This document shows positions 1-9,201 of a DNA stretch of 64,000 nucleotides, in pieces. Origin of the DNA: Candidatus Omnitrophota bacterium (GTDB lineage Bacteria; Omnitrophota; Gorgyraeia; 2-01-FULL-45-10); NCBI GenBank assembly GCA_041663425.1, contig JBAYMS010000001.1, forward strand, positions 8,884 to 72,883, given 5' to 3'. Both the position numbers and the translations under genes were made by a program. The notes under the pieces are model-generated. The model had not been told where the DNA came from. It saw nothing but the letters and a program-made list of their open reading frames with translations, and did no database searches. Numbering within the stretch: position 1 is the first letter of the stretch; every line of letters starts with the position of its first letter.

Positions 1-168
1 CTCTGAGCCCAACTCTTTAAGTTCGCTGCGTGGGAGGGTCTTCTCCCTCATCTGCAATATATCCACACCGCCGGAAATCGCAAGCCTGGCGATTTCTGCC
101 GCAGGCCTTCCTTTGCCGCATTCTCCACTCAATACGAGATATAAGTTATGCTCTTTTAATTTGCTCAT
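1..168 (-). CDS. thiE: thiamine-phosphate synthase, N-terminal part (gene runs off left edge)
   Basis: Absent from the ORF track because it has no stop in the window. Reverse translation from ATG at 168-166 gives MSKLKEHNLYLVLSGECGKGRPAAEIARLAISGGVDILQMREKTLPRSELKELGSE. This fits the ThiE N-terminal pattern (LYLV.., GGV..LQ.REK). Confidence 0.55.
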   Translation of the reverse strand, partial: MSKLKEHNLYLVLSGECGKGRPAAEIARLAISGGVDILQMREKTLPRSELKELGSE

Positions 169-219
169 AGATAAAAAACCCTCGCACCATACACCAAACT
201 TATGCTGTCAAGGCTGTTC

Positions 220-1218
220 TCACAGTCTTAAGCGTTCAACATCCTCGATTGTAGCAGGTTTTACAGAGATAGTCTTTTTATCCGCCGAACCCGCCTGCCA
301 ATAATAGACGTTCAGTAATGGTTCGTTCCTGAACTTTGTATGATACGCCGCGACGCCTGCGGCCAGGGCAATGGTATTTTCATCGCCACCACCACGCAAA
401 ACCGCCAGAGGTCCCTGGTAATCTTTTAACTTAAACATGATATCTGTCTTTCCTGCCATCTCCTGAAGCGCCTCATTCTCATCCTGGTCTCTTCCCACAG
501 CCAGCTTAGCCGCTGAAGATATCCTGAAGTGACGTCCGACCGTCAGGAACTTCAGATTCTGGGGTGAGAGTTCATTGTGCTGTATAAGGTCTTTAACCCT
601 CTTCGTAAAACCGGGGTCGGTAAGAAGACACCCGCCTGCCGGGTTCGGATATTGTTTTATACCATATTGTTCGGCCAGGGTAAATTGCGGCTTACGCGAC
701 CGGCCGGATATGGCAAGCAGCCTTTCTCTGTCAACAGCACCGTCTTTTTCCGGCACTGTAGGCTCGAGCAGTTTTGCCGATAGGGGTCTGAGCAGAAAAC
801 CTTTTAAACCGGAATCTCTTGTAATGATGTTAAGCGCATCGAGCCTCTGAGACATCGGCCGCTCACCGAGCACTTCTCCCGTTATGATAAATGATGCCCC
901 AAACTCGGCCATCATTTCTTTAGCTTTTTTAAGCATAAATATTTTACAGTCGATGCACGGATTTATATTTGCACCATATCCATGGCTGGGATTTTTGAGG
1001 ACACTTATATATTCTTCGGTAATATCGACGACTCTGATCGGCACGTCGAGCGCCTTGGCAGCTTTCGTCGCGACATTCTCACCATCCTGCATGATGCAGG
1101 CGCAGAAATCTATAGAAAAATTTACCGCCTGGACCTCGACATTCTGTTCCTGCATCAGCTTTACGGCAAGAATGCTGTCAAGTCCGCCTGAAAACATAGC
1201 AATACACTTTTTGTTCAT
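220..1218 (-). CDS. PP-loop ATP pyrophosphatase, ThiI-like / tRNA sulfurtransferase-type (THUMP-less)
   Basis: 332-aa ORF with N-terminal PP-loop motif MFSGGLDS and a CIDCK cysteine motif. It lies next to thiE. The subfamily cannot be resolved by eye. Confidence 0.55.
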   Translation of the reverse strand: MNKKCIAMFSGGLDSILAVKLMQEQNVEVQAVNFSIDFCACIMQDGENVATKAAKALDVPIRVVDITEEYISVLKNPSHGYGANINPCIDCKIFMLKKAKEMMAEFGASFIITGEVLGERPMSQRLDALNIITRDSGLKGFLLRPLSAKLLEPTVPEKDGAVDRERLLAISGRSRKPQFTLAEQYGIKQYPNPAGGCLLTDPGFTKRVKDLIQHNELSPQNLKFLTVGRHFRISSAAKLAVGRDQDENEALQEMAGKTDIMFKLKDYQGPLAVLRGGGDENTIALAAGVAAYHTKFRNEPLLNVYYWQAGSADKKTISVKPATIEDVERLRL

Positions 1219-1257
1219 ATTGATGATTATAGCTTAGTGCGGAGCAAAACTGAAGAA

Positions 1258-3705
1258 TTAGTTTCTGCGCGGCGGAATAAACCTCTCTATCCTGTCCAGG
1301 CAGAATATGACTTCCTTTCGATTTATAGCATCGAACGGAATATATATCTGATACACCCCTTTGCCGCCATTCTTTATTCCTCCCCAGATAAAATAACAGC
1401 CTTTTTTTATTATGGAGTTCAGACGCATCTGCGCATTATTCCAATCGACAAAATAAAAATTCTTAATAGCATCGGCAGGGTCATCATAGCTTGAATCCGA
1501 GAACCATCTTCCCTCTATCCATGATTTTTTCTCCACCTTGGTGCCGTTTTCATCACAATGGAAGAACCTGTTTATAAATATATTTTTTTTCGCAACATAC
1601 ACCTTCATCGGACCGTCAAAATTTTCTGCGTTCTGGCCCAGTTCAGCCATAAGTTTTTTCGCAATTTCAGGCGGGGCAGTATCGTATTGCAGCCTATCCT
1701 TTATATTAAATTTTACCGTATTGTGGCTCTCGCCGAACAGCTCATATGAATTATTTTCATTAAGCTCGTCATACTTTACCGGAACGCTCACCCACCGTCC
1801 TTTTTCCCCATCGCCCCCGGGACCCTTTTTAGCTTTTTGTCCGCGATCTATTACTATCGTTTTATACGATTCTTTCCATAGAGAATCAAATTTTTCTTTA
1901 TATTCTTTGACAGCGCACGGAATAAAGACAAGACTTTCTCTCTCTTTGGTTTTTTTACCATCCCAATCATAACTGCCGGTAACCGTCTCATTTCCTATGA
2001 CTACAAACTCATTGCTCATGAGGCGCTTGCTTACACGATCATAGGTTATCGAAATATCTCCCCTTCGATAATTATTGATTCCCGAGACAGCCTCCTGCCG
2101 TTCAGCTTTTTTCTGAAGATCGCAAAAGTACTTTTTTATGATCCCTTTCTTTTGCTGGCTCGGATCAAGCAGGATTTGAATATTAACTCCCGATTCTCTG
2201 GCATCGAATAACGCTTTTGCTATTTTTTTATTTGTGAAAGAATGTTGCGCTATGCGTATGCTGGTATCTTCTGCGGGATGTTCCAGTTTACGTATCTTTG
2301 CTTTGTGGATAGAATTTATTATTGCTGTTTCACATTCGCATTGGCTGGAAAAATATGCTCTTACACCGTCGGGCGGTGAAAGATTTCGCGGTAACAGCCG
2401 TTTTTCGCCTCCCCACAGATAATCAAATTCCTCCTGAAAGCCGTCGGCATATTGTGTTAGAACGAGGCTGTCTTCGTTTATTTTTCCCGCTTTCTCGTCC
2501 CAATCAGAGCTGCCTGTCACTACAACCTTTTTATCGACAATAATAAACTTATCATGCATAAGGCCATTGCGCGAATCATACATTATATTCACTCCGCACT
2601 TTACCAGTTTTTTACTTATATCATCGTCCGCCTGGTCCTTGTTTAACACGATCCTTACCCTGACACCCGGCCGCCTGTTTTTCAGTGCACTCAACAAGAC
2701 GTCGGATTTAAAATTATACATGACTATATCGATCGCATTGTGAGCATTTGCGATTTCTTTGGACAAAGAACCAAGGGAACTGCCGTCCGGTGAAAATAAA
2801 ACACGCGCAGGTTCGTATGCCTTCACACTGTCTATTACTGTATAGTTTAATTTGCCCTGTATCGCTTCTATGTCTTTACGATTTTTACCGTCATTGTGCC
2901 TGGCGAGGATCTCCAATACACGGCGCCGCTCAGCGGTATTGTCCATGAGATCATCCGTTATTCTGTATTCGTATCCACCGGACATTGCTGTATTTGCCGT
3001 AACCAATCCCATCTGCGCGAGCAGATCCAGGCTGCGATAAACCTTCTGTGGAGATATTTCCATTTTTTTTGCATATTCCGAAACTGTGGCTTTTCCCTTA
3101 AAGTTATACGTAAGGCATTTCAATACTTCGCTCACCGGCAAAGGTCCTGCCCTGTTATTTTCCTCTGTGATTTCTTTGTATTTTTCACAGCTTAACTCTT
3201 CAACAAAAATCCTGCGGAAAGACCGTGACCCGACCTCTATATGATTAAACGTTCTGGCCCTGCTTTTATTGCGGAAATAATGGAAAACTTTGGCACTCGA
3301 ACCGGGTCTTTGCCTATAAGTTATGTATACCCCGTCCTGTATATCGATTTTTTCTATTTTCACCCTGCTGCAATTCGGCAATTTTATAATACGCCGGAGA
3401 TCGCTAAGCGAAAGTCCTGCTTCCAGTCCTCTCGATACAAAAAAAGCTGTGTAAAGAAATGTTGTATCGCTTTCTAATTTTTCTTTCGTGTCGTTTGTAT
3501 CGCTACATACCTTAAGCTGATTATCGGCGTTTGTGATTTTCACCAATGGCGCAAATTGTGAGTTAGGGCTTATGCTTTGAATGTCGGGATAAATGGGGGC
3601 ATCGCTTAATAGCGCATATAATAAAAAAGACCATGCGGCGATCTTTATCCCACATGGTCTATGCGGCTTTTTTGCAAACCTGCTTTCTACTAAAACAATA
3701 CTCAC
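1258..3705 (-). CDS. large PLD/Nuc-family (HKD) protein with wHTH-like segment and hydrophobic N-terminus
   Basis: 815-aa ORF. Hydrophobic N-terminal segment IAAWSFLLYALL. HTH-like stretch ISPQKVYRSLDLLAQMGLV. One intact HKD motif (LMHDKFIIVD...GSSDWD) and a second, degenerate copy (LMSNEFVVIG...GSYDWD). The ~200-aa C-terminal region has no motif I recognise. Confidence 0.6.
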   Translation of the reverse strand: MSIVLVESRFAKKPHRPCGIKIAAWSFLLYALLSDAPIYPDIQSISPNSQFAPLVKITNADNQLKVCSDTNDTKEKLESDTTFLYTAFFVSRGLEAGLSLSDLRRIIKLPNCSRVKIEKIDIQDGVYITYRQRPGSSAKVFHYFRNKSRARTFNHIEVGSRSFRRIFVEELSCEKYKEITEENNRAGPLPVSEVLKCLTYNFKGKATVSEYAKKMEISPQKVYRSLDLLAQMGLVTANTAMSGGYEYRITDDLMDNTAERRRVLEILARHNDGKNRKDIEAIQGKLNYTVIDSVKAYEPARVLFSPDGSSLGSLSKEIANAHNAIDIVMYNFKSDVLLSALKNRRPGVRVRIVLNKDQADDDISKKLVKCGVNIMYDSRNGLMHDKFIIVDKKVVVTGSSDWDEKAGKINEDSLVLTQYADGFQEEFDYLWGGEKRLLPRNLSPPDGVRAYFSSQCECETAIINSIHKAKIRKLEHPAEDTSIRIAQHSFTNKKIAKALFDARESGVNIQILLDPSQQKKGIIKKYFCDLQKKAERQEAVSGINNYRRGDISITYDRVSKRLMSNEFVVIGNETVTGSYDWDGKKTKERESLVFIPCAVKEYKEKFDSLWKESYKTIVIDRGQKAKKGPGGDGEKGRWVSVPVKYDELNENNSYELFGESHNTVKFNIKDRLQYDTAPPEIAKKLMAELGQNAENFDGPMKVYVAKKNIFINRFFHCDENGTKVEKKSWIEGRWFSDSSYDDPADAIKNFYFVDWNNAQMRLNSIIKKGCYFIWGGIKNGGKGVYQIYIPFDAINRKEVIFCLDRIERFIPPRRN

Positions 3706-3879
3706 AGGATTTCACCTTTCTTTAAAAAGGCGGGCATAAAAAAATGCCTGGCGAAAATATGCCAAGCATTTATTCAGTATTTTTAAAGCCTATAAAAGCT
3801 TACATTAAGAATGGGGATAAAGCAATAGGCGGGAGGCTACCTTTTTTATCTTTAATCAACTAAATTTAACAAAAGATTA

Positions 3880-5184
3880 TCACTGCTTTTTAAGATTTTC
3901 AAGCCATTCTTTGATCTTTTTCTCGTAACCCATCTCGGTTGGGATGTAATAAGCCTTGCTGGAGGGCTTATATTCCTGCTTCACATAATGATTTTTGAAA
4001 TCGTGCGCATATTTGTAATCTTTGCCGTGTCCGAATGCATCGGAATCCATAGTAGCATCTTTGAGGTGGTTAGGCACTTCCAGGACCTTACCCTCCTCAA
4101 CATCTTTCATAGCTGCCTCTATGCCCAGATACGCCGCATTTGACTTAGGTGCACATGCTACATAAACGGCTGCCTGGGCAAGCGGTATGCGCGCTTCCGG
4201 CATTCCGACAAATTCCGACACCTGCAGCGCCGCATTCGCTATTACTATCGCCTGCGGGTCTGCGTTACCCACATCTTCTGCCGCACATATCACGATTCTG
4301 CGGGCTATAAACCGCGGATCTTCGCCTGCGTAGATCATCTTTGCCAGCCAATAAAGCGCTGCGTCCGGATCCGAGCCTCTCATAGACTTTATGAATGCGG
4401 AGATCGTGTCGTAATGCCCGTCTTCGTCTTTGTCATACAATACGGACTTCTTCTGTATCGACTCCTCGGCAACTTTAAGCGTAAAATGTATTTTTTTGTC
4501 TTTGGCGGCAAGGGTGGTCAGCGCTCCTACCTCAAGCGCAGAAAGAGCCCTCCTCGCATCACCATCTGAAACTTTAGCCAGATGCTCCAGCGCTCCGGCC
4601 TCTATCTCAACCGGCATCTTACCAAGTCCGCGCTCTTTGTCTGCCAAAGCCTTTTTTAATATTGTAATTATATTTTCGTCTGAAAGTTTCTTGTATTCGA
4701 AAACCTGGGACCGGGACAGTAAGGCGGCATTTACGTAAAAGAACGGGTTATGTGTTGTTGTGCCTATCAGTATTGGGTTGCCGGCTTCAACATCCGGCAT
4801 AAGCACATCCTGCTGCGCCTTATTAAACCGGTGTATCTCGTCGACTAAAAGTATTGTCCGTTTGCCGCTGGTCGCTTCGCGCTTATGCGCCTGTTCTATT
4901 ATACGCCGCATGTCCGCGACATTGTTTGACGCGGCGTTTATACGCTCAAAATGGGAATTCGTCTTCTCGCTTATTATAAGAGCAAGTGTAGTCTTGCCGC
5001 AACCAGGAGGGCCATAAAGAATTATCGAGGAGATAGTATCGGATTCGATCAGACGGCGCAACAGCTTATCTTTGCCGAGGATATGTTCCTGGCCTACAAA
5101 ATCATCGAGCGACCCGGGCCTCATACGCGAGGCCATAGGCTCATTTTCTTTTATTTTAATTTTTTCTTTTTCGAATAGATCCAT
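3880..5184 (-). CDS. rarA: replication-associated recombination protein A (AAA+ ATPase MgsA/RarA)
   Basis: 434 aa. Walker A GPPGCGKTTLA, Walker B LLVDEIHRFNK, N-terminal ASRMRPGSLDDFVGQEH and RarA-type C-terminal helical region (ALYWLAKMIYAGEDPRFIARR). Confidence 0.88.
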   Translation of the reverse strand: MDLFEKEKIKIKENEPMASRMRPGSLDDFVGQEHILGKDKLLRRLIESDTISSIILYGPPGCGKTTLALIISEKTNSHFERINAASNNVADMRRIIEQAHKREATSGKRTILLVDEIHRFNKAQQDVLMPDVEAGNPILIGTTTHNPFFYVNAALLSRSQVFEYKKLSDENIITILKKALADKERGLGKMPVEIEAGALEHLAKVSDGDARRALSALEVGALTTLAAKDKKIHFTLKVAEESIQKKSVLYDKDEDGHYDTISAFIKSMRGSDPDAALYWLAKMIYAGEDPRFIARRIVICAAEDVGNADPQAIVIANAALQVSEFVGMPEARIPLAQAAVYVACAPKSNAAYLGIEAAMKDVEEGKVLEVPNHLKDATMDSDAFGHGKDYKYAHDFKNHYVKQEYKPSSKAYYIPTEMGYEKKIKEWLENLKKQ

Positions 5185-5199
5185 ATTAAATAAAAAAAT

Positions 5200-5349
5200 C
5201 CCCGCCTGTGCCGTGTGAACTTAATAATTTTGATCCCGATTCTCATCAGGTGGGAGCCCTCGAACAAACGCCAAAGCGTTTAACCAGTTAGGCCCCCGAT
5301 TCTAAATTATTGGGTCAAAATTTCTAATTCAATCACGCGCACCGCAGGG
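5200..5349 (-). ncRNA. candidate structured RNA: ~150-nt long imperfect hairpin with large internal loop (6S-like or rarA leader)
   Basis: The ends pair on the minus strand (CCCUGC/GCGGGG). Further helices are AAUUUUGACCC/GGGAUCAAAAUU and GGGGGCC/GGCUCCC, with an apical hairpin AAACGC-UUUG-GCGUUU. A roughly 14x14-nt internal loop has GAAUC on both sides. G-U pairs occur only in the minus-strand reading. A sigma70-like promoter lies upstream (TTGCCT at 5398-5393, N17, TATACT at 5375-5370). A U-run (AUUUUUUUAUUU) follows directly downstream. Confidence 0.3.
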
Positions 5350-5423
5350 ATATTTCTATTCCTAAATAAAGTATATCATACGATTACCGCAAAGGCAAAT
5401 TACGCCCGGGCGGTGCGATGGTT

Positions 5424-7463
5424 CTATCGTAATTTTGCGTCGAGTTTTTCTTCAAGTACACGCAGAATATTTGAATGGACAGACGTAACATCTTTTTCTT
5501 CGAGAGTTTTGGACAGATCAGCGTATTCAAGCCTGTAGGTAAGACTAACCTTACCGTCGGGAATCTGTTTACCGGCATATCTGTCGATCAGTTTTATCTC
5601 TTTTAGGATCGTCCCTGCCGTAGATTTTACCAGGTCGATAAGATCGGCATTTAAAACATCTTTGGGTACTACAAGCGACATGTCCCTGTGAGCTGACGGG
5701 TATTTCGGAAGCTCTACAAATCGCTTTTTAAGATTAGCGTGTTTTATTATAGTTTCCAGCGACAGCTCGCAGAAATATACATTGTCTTTGACGTCAAATT
5801 TATTAAGCATCTCCCTGTAAACCTCGCCTATCATGCCTATCACTTCTCCGGATATCTCAATAGATGCAGAGCATGAACGGGAATAAATATCGCCTGAGGT
5901 GGTTTTGAAAATTACTTTATCTATGCCGAGCGCTGATAAGGCCGCCTCTACCATTCCTTTTAGATCAAAAAAGCTGCAGGCCCTGGCGCCTTCTATCCAA
6001 CTCGTCACCTCTCCGGTAATGCCTATCGATAGATGTTTTTTTTCGGCAAATTTAATATCCGATTCTCTTATATATATTTTACCTATCTCAAAAAGTTTCA
6101 GATCTTTTGCTTTCCTGTTTATATTCCATAATATCGAGGAAAGCATGCCCGAGACAAGATTCGGCCGCATCACTTCCTGCTCGCTCGATAGCGGATTCTT
6201 TATCTCAACTATGGTGTTCAAAGCCGTATCAGAAACCGTAAGCATATTCTTACCAAGCAAACTATAGGTTATGATCTCGTCCGCACCCAATCCAGTCAGT
6301 ATTGTCCTTACTATTGTTTCGACTGTCATCTCAACGGGGATTTTGTTCTCCTGCTCCACTATTTCAGGTATGGTGCTCGGTATTTTATTATAACCATATA
6401 TGCGGGCCACCTCTTCCACCACGTCTATCTCTGTGTTAAGATCATACCGGAATGGCGGCGGTTCCACCACTATGCCGCTCTTTGAAGTTTTCTTTATCTT
6501 CATACCGAGGGAACTGATAATTCTCTTTGCCGTAAGCGCGGGTACTTCTATCCCCAAAGTTGCCTCAAGCTTTGAAAACCGTAACGTTATCGTTTTTTTA
6601 GCTGGAATATTTTTGCCTATGTCGATAAAATTACAAATTTCACCGCGGGCCGTTTCTTTTATAAGTGACGCCGCCCGCGAAGAGGAATACACTATATTAT
6701 TTATATCTATCTTTCTTTCAAACCGATAGCTTGAATCAGTAGATATGCCGAGCGATCGGGCAGTTCTTCTCACGGATATCTGGTCAAATGAAGCAGCTTC
6801 AAGTAGTATATTTTTCGTTGCGTTTGTAACTTCTGTATTTATACCGCCCATCACTCCGGCGATCGCGATCGCTTTCACTTTATCGGCTATTACAAGCATG
6901 GACTCGGTAAGAGTTCTTTCGACACCATCGATCGTGACTATCTTTTCGCCCTTGCGCGCCTTCCTTATAATGATCTCGCCGCCTTCGATTTTATCCATAT
7001 CGAAAGCATGCATGGGCTGGCCGGTTTCGAATAAACAGAAATTGGTTATATCGACAACGTTATTGACCGGGCGCAGGTTCATTGCATCAAGTTTTTTTCT
7101 GATCCCATCTGCGGAATCCGCGACTTTTACATCTTTTATAACCTGCAGCGTATATCTGGGACATAAGGTTTTTTCTTCAACGTTAACTTTTATCCCGGCT
7201 TTATCTTTGGAAGTTTTTATTTTCGGAAGGATGGGCAGTTTAAGTTTATTACCCGTAATGGCAGAAAGCTCTCTTGCCACTCCTATGTGCGATAGCCAAT
7301 CGGGCCTATTCGCAGTAACTTCTATTTCCAGAATGTAGTCGCTGCCTTCTTTATGCAAGATAGACTCTGTTGTAAGCCCGGACATTGTCAGCAGTTCTGC
7401 CAACTTTTCGGGCGCAGCATTCAGATTTATATAGTCTTTTAACCAGTTATAGCTTATGCGCAT
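5424..7463 (-). CDS. pheT: phenylalanine--tRNA ligase beta subunit (short form lacking OB-fold tRNA-binding insert)
   Basis: 679 aa with the typical N-terminus MRISYNWLKDYI. It lies 4 nt downstream of pheS and has a C-terminal anticodon-binding-like region. The segment after aa ~40 goes straight to ..LEIEVTANRPDWLSHIGVAREL, so the ~100-aa OB domain seen in E. coli PheT is missing. Confidence 0.9.
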   Translation of the reverse strand: MRISYNWLKDYINLNAAPEKLAELLTMSGLTTESILHKEGSDYILEIEVTANRPDWLSHIGVARELSAITGNKLKLPILPKIKTSKDKAGIKVNVEEKTLCPRYTLQVIKDVKVADSADGIRKKLDAMNLRPVNNVVDITNFCLFETGQPMHAFDMDKIEGGEIIIRKARKGEKIVTIDGVERTLTESMLVIADKVKAIAIAGVMGGINTEVTNATKNILLEAASFDQISVRRTARSLGISTDSSYRFERKIDINNIVYSSSRAASLIKETARGEICNFIDIGKNIPAKKTITLRFSKLEATLGIEVPALTAKRIISSLGMKIKKTSKSGIVVEPPPFRYDLNTEIDVVEEVARIYGYNKIPSTIPEIVEQENKIPVEMTVETIVRTILTGLGADEIITYSLLGKNMLTVSDTALNTIVEIKNPLSSEQEVMRPNLVSGMLSSILWNINRKAKDLKLFEIGKIYIRESDIKFAEKKHLSIGITGEVTSWIEGARACSFFDLKGMVEAALSALGIDKVIFKTTSGDIYSRSCSASIEISGEVIGMIGEVYREMLNKFDVKDNVYFCELSLETIIKHANLKKRFVELPKYPSAHRDMSLVVPKDVLNADLIDLVKSTAGTILKEIKLIDRYAGKQIPDGKVSLTYRLEYADLSKTLEEKDVTSVHSNILRVLEEKLDAKLR

Positions 7464-7466
7464 ATA

Positions 7467-8507
7467 TTAAAATTGTTTCAGGAACCTCTCGTCGTTCTCA
7501 AAAAACAGCCTTATGTCATTTACTCCATACTTAAGTATTGCTATCCTGTCAGCTCCCATGCCGAATGCAAATCCGGTATATTTTTCCGGATCATATCCTA
7601 CATTTTTAAACACCTTCGGATTTACCATGCCTGAACCCAATATCTCTATCCAGCCTTTACCGCCGCAGAGACTGCATCTGGCATGACCCTTAGATCCCGA
7701 TCCTTGCCCTCCGCAAAGTATGCATGATATATCTACTTCGGCGCTGGGTTCCGTGAAAGGAAAGAAACTCGGACGGAAACGCATTCTTGTAGATTTTCCA
7801 AATAACTGCTTTGCAAATACTTCTAAAACACCTTTGAGATCGGAAAATTTTATTGATTTTCCTACTACCAGCCCCTCGATCTGATGGAACATGAAGGAGT
7901 GAGATGCGTCGGTAGCGTCAGGCCTGTAAACTTTCCCCGGAACGATTATCGAAAATGGCGGTTTATTCTTTTCCATAAAGCGCGCCTGTACTGGAGATGT
8001 ATGGCTTCTTAAAAGATATTTTTCTGCGGACTTCAGATAAAAAGTATCGAAAGCATCCCTGGAGGGATGTTCCAGCGGTATGTTCAGAGCTTCAAAATTA
8101 TAACGCTCAGTCTCTATTTCCGGCCCCTCGACTATCTTAAAACCAAGCGAGACGAATACTGAGCATATTTCGTTTATTGTCTGCGTAATAGGATGTATCT
8201 TGCCGGGTTTTCTGGCAATGCCGGGCAGCGTTACATCAATACGGTCTTTGATTTCTTCGGCATGCGAAGCTACAGCCAGCTTATCATCAAGCGTCTTGGT
8301 AAGAGTGTTCTTAAGGGCATTTACAAGGACACCTACCTCGGGTTTTTCGGCAGCGGGAAGGAGCGCCATTTTTTTAAACAACTCCGTCACCACACCTTTA
8401 CGCCCGAGATATTTTATCCTTAGAGTCTCCAGACAAGCCTTGTCGGTATTTGATGAACCTATCTCGGCAAGTGCTTCGGCTTCTATTTTTTTAAGCTCTT
8501 CTTTCAT
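7467..8507 (-). CDS. pheS: phenylalanine--tRNA ligase alpha subunit
   Basis: 346 aa with class II aaRS motifs (FRPSFFPFTEPSAEVD, GFAFGMGADRIA). Located upstream of pheT. Confidence 0.92.
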   Translation of the reverse strand: MKEELKKIEAEALAEIGSSNTDKACLETLRIKYLGRKGVVTELFKKMALLPAAEKPEVGVLVNALKNTLTKTLDDKLAVASHAEEIKDRIDVTLPGIARKPGKIHPITQTINEICSVFVSLGFKIVEGPEIETERYNFEALNIPLEHPSRDAFDTFYLKSAEKYLLRSHTSPVQARFMEKNKPPFSIIVPGKVYRPDATDASHSFMFHQIEGLVVGKSIKFSDLKGVLEVFAKQLFGKSTRMRFRPSFFPFTEPSAEVDISCILCGGQGSGSKGHARCSLCGGKGWIEILGSGMVNPKVFKNVGYDPEKYTGFAFGMGADRIAILKYGVNDIRLFFENDERFLKQF

Positions 8508-8528
8508 CTGCTAAGCTTTACGTTCCTG

Positions 8529-8876
8529 CTATGCTTTTACTGCTTCTACAAGTTTTGTAAATGCCTTTTTATCAGAAACTGCAAGTTCCGCCAGTATCTT
8601 TCTGTCTATAAGAACTTTTATCTTCTTGAGGCCGTTCATGAACTTCGAGTAAGATATTTCGTTCTCTCTGCAGGCTGCATTGATCCTGACTATCCAAAGC
8701 GAACGGAAATCGCGTTTACGCGCTTTACGGTCTCTGGTGGCATACATCATGCCTTTTGCCACGGACTCCATAGCGCGTTTATGAAAACGCGACCTGCCGC
8801 CCCATTGGCCTTCGGCAAGTTTCATTACCCTTTTTTTACGTTTATGTGCCGCTACTGCATGTTTTACTTTTGACAT
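8529..8876 (-). CDS. rplT: 50S ribosomal protein L20
   Basis: 115 aa, basic, HKRKKRVMKLAEGQWGGRS pattern. Sits in the canonical infC-rpmI-rplT order. Confidence 0.92.
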   Translation of the reverse strand: MSKVKHAVAAHKRKKRVMKLAEGQWGGRSRFHKRAMESVAKGMMYATRDRKARKRDFRSLWIVRINAACRENEISYSKFMNGLKKIKVLIDRKILAELAVSDKKAFTKLVEAVKA

Positions 8877-8887
8877 TGATCCCCCTT

Positions 8888-9088
8888 TTAAGCGCCGTAG
8901 GGCAGAAGCTTATTCATAGCGGACTCAAAACCTTTCGCTACAAATCCTGCCTTAGATAATTGGCGTTTTCTTTTTGCCGTTCTGCCCGTCAATAGATGGC
9001 TCTTATTGGCTTTGAACCTTTTTATCTTGCCGGACTTCGTTGTTCTCATTCTTTTTTTAACACTTCTGTTCGTCTTTAGTTTTGGCAT
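8888..9088 (-). CDS. rpmI: 50S ribosomal protein L35
   Basis: 66 aa, MPKLKTNRSVKKRMRTTKSGKIKR. Located between infC and rplT. Confidence 0.9.
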   Translation of the reverse strand: MPKLKTNRSVKKRMRTTKSGKIKRFKANKSHLLTGRTAKRKRQLSKAGFVAKGFESAMNKLLPYGA

Positions 9089-9201
9089 CGTCTTTCTCCT
9101 TTGTTATATCAAACCATTCATAAGTTGCAAATTATAAGCTGCGAATAAATGCCTTGCTGTTACGGCTAAAGCTTAAAGCTGGTATTTACCTGACTTTGCT
9201 C

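Noticed and set aside
113-304. 63-aa plus-strand track ORF spanning the thiE/PP-loop intergenic region.
   Set aside because: It overlaps the thiE 5' end and the PP-loop gene 3' end on the opposite strand, and has no SD or motif.
5200-5349. The long hairpin upstream of rarA interpreted as SRP (4.5S) RNA.
   Set aside because: There is no GNRA (GGAA) apical tetraloop and no conserved domain IV AGCA/GGAA-type symmetric or asymmetric loop motifs. The apical loop is UUUG.
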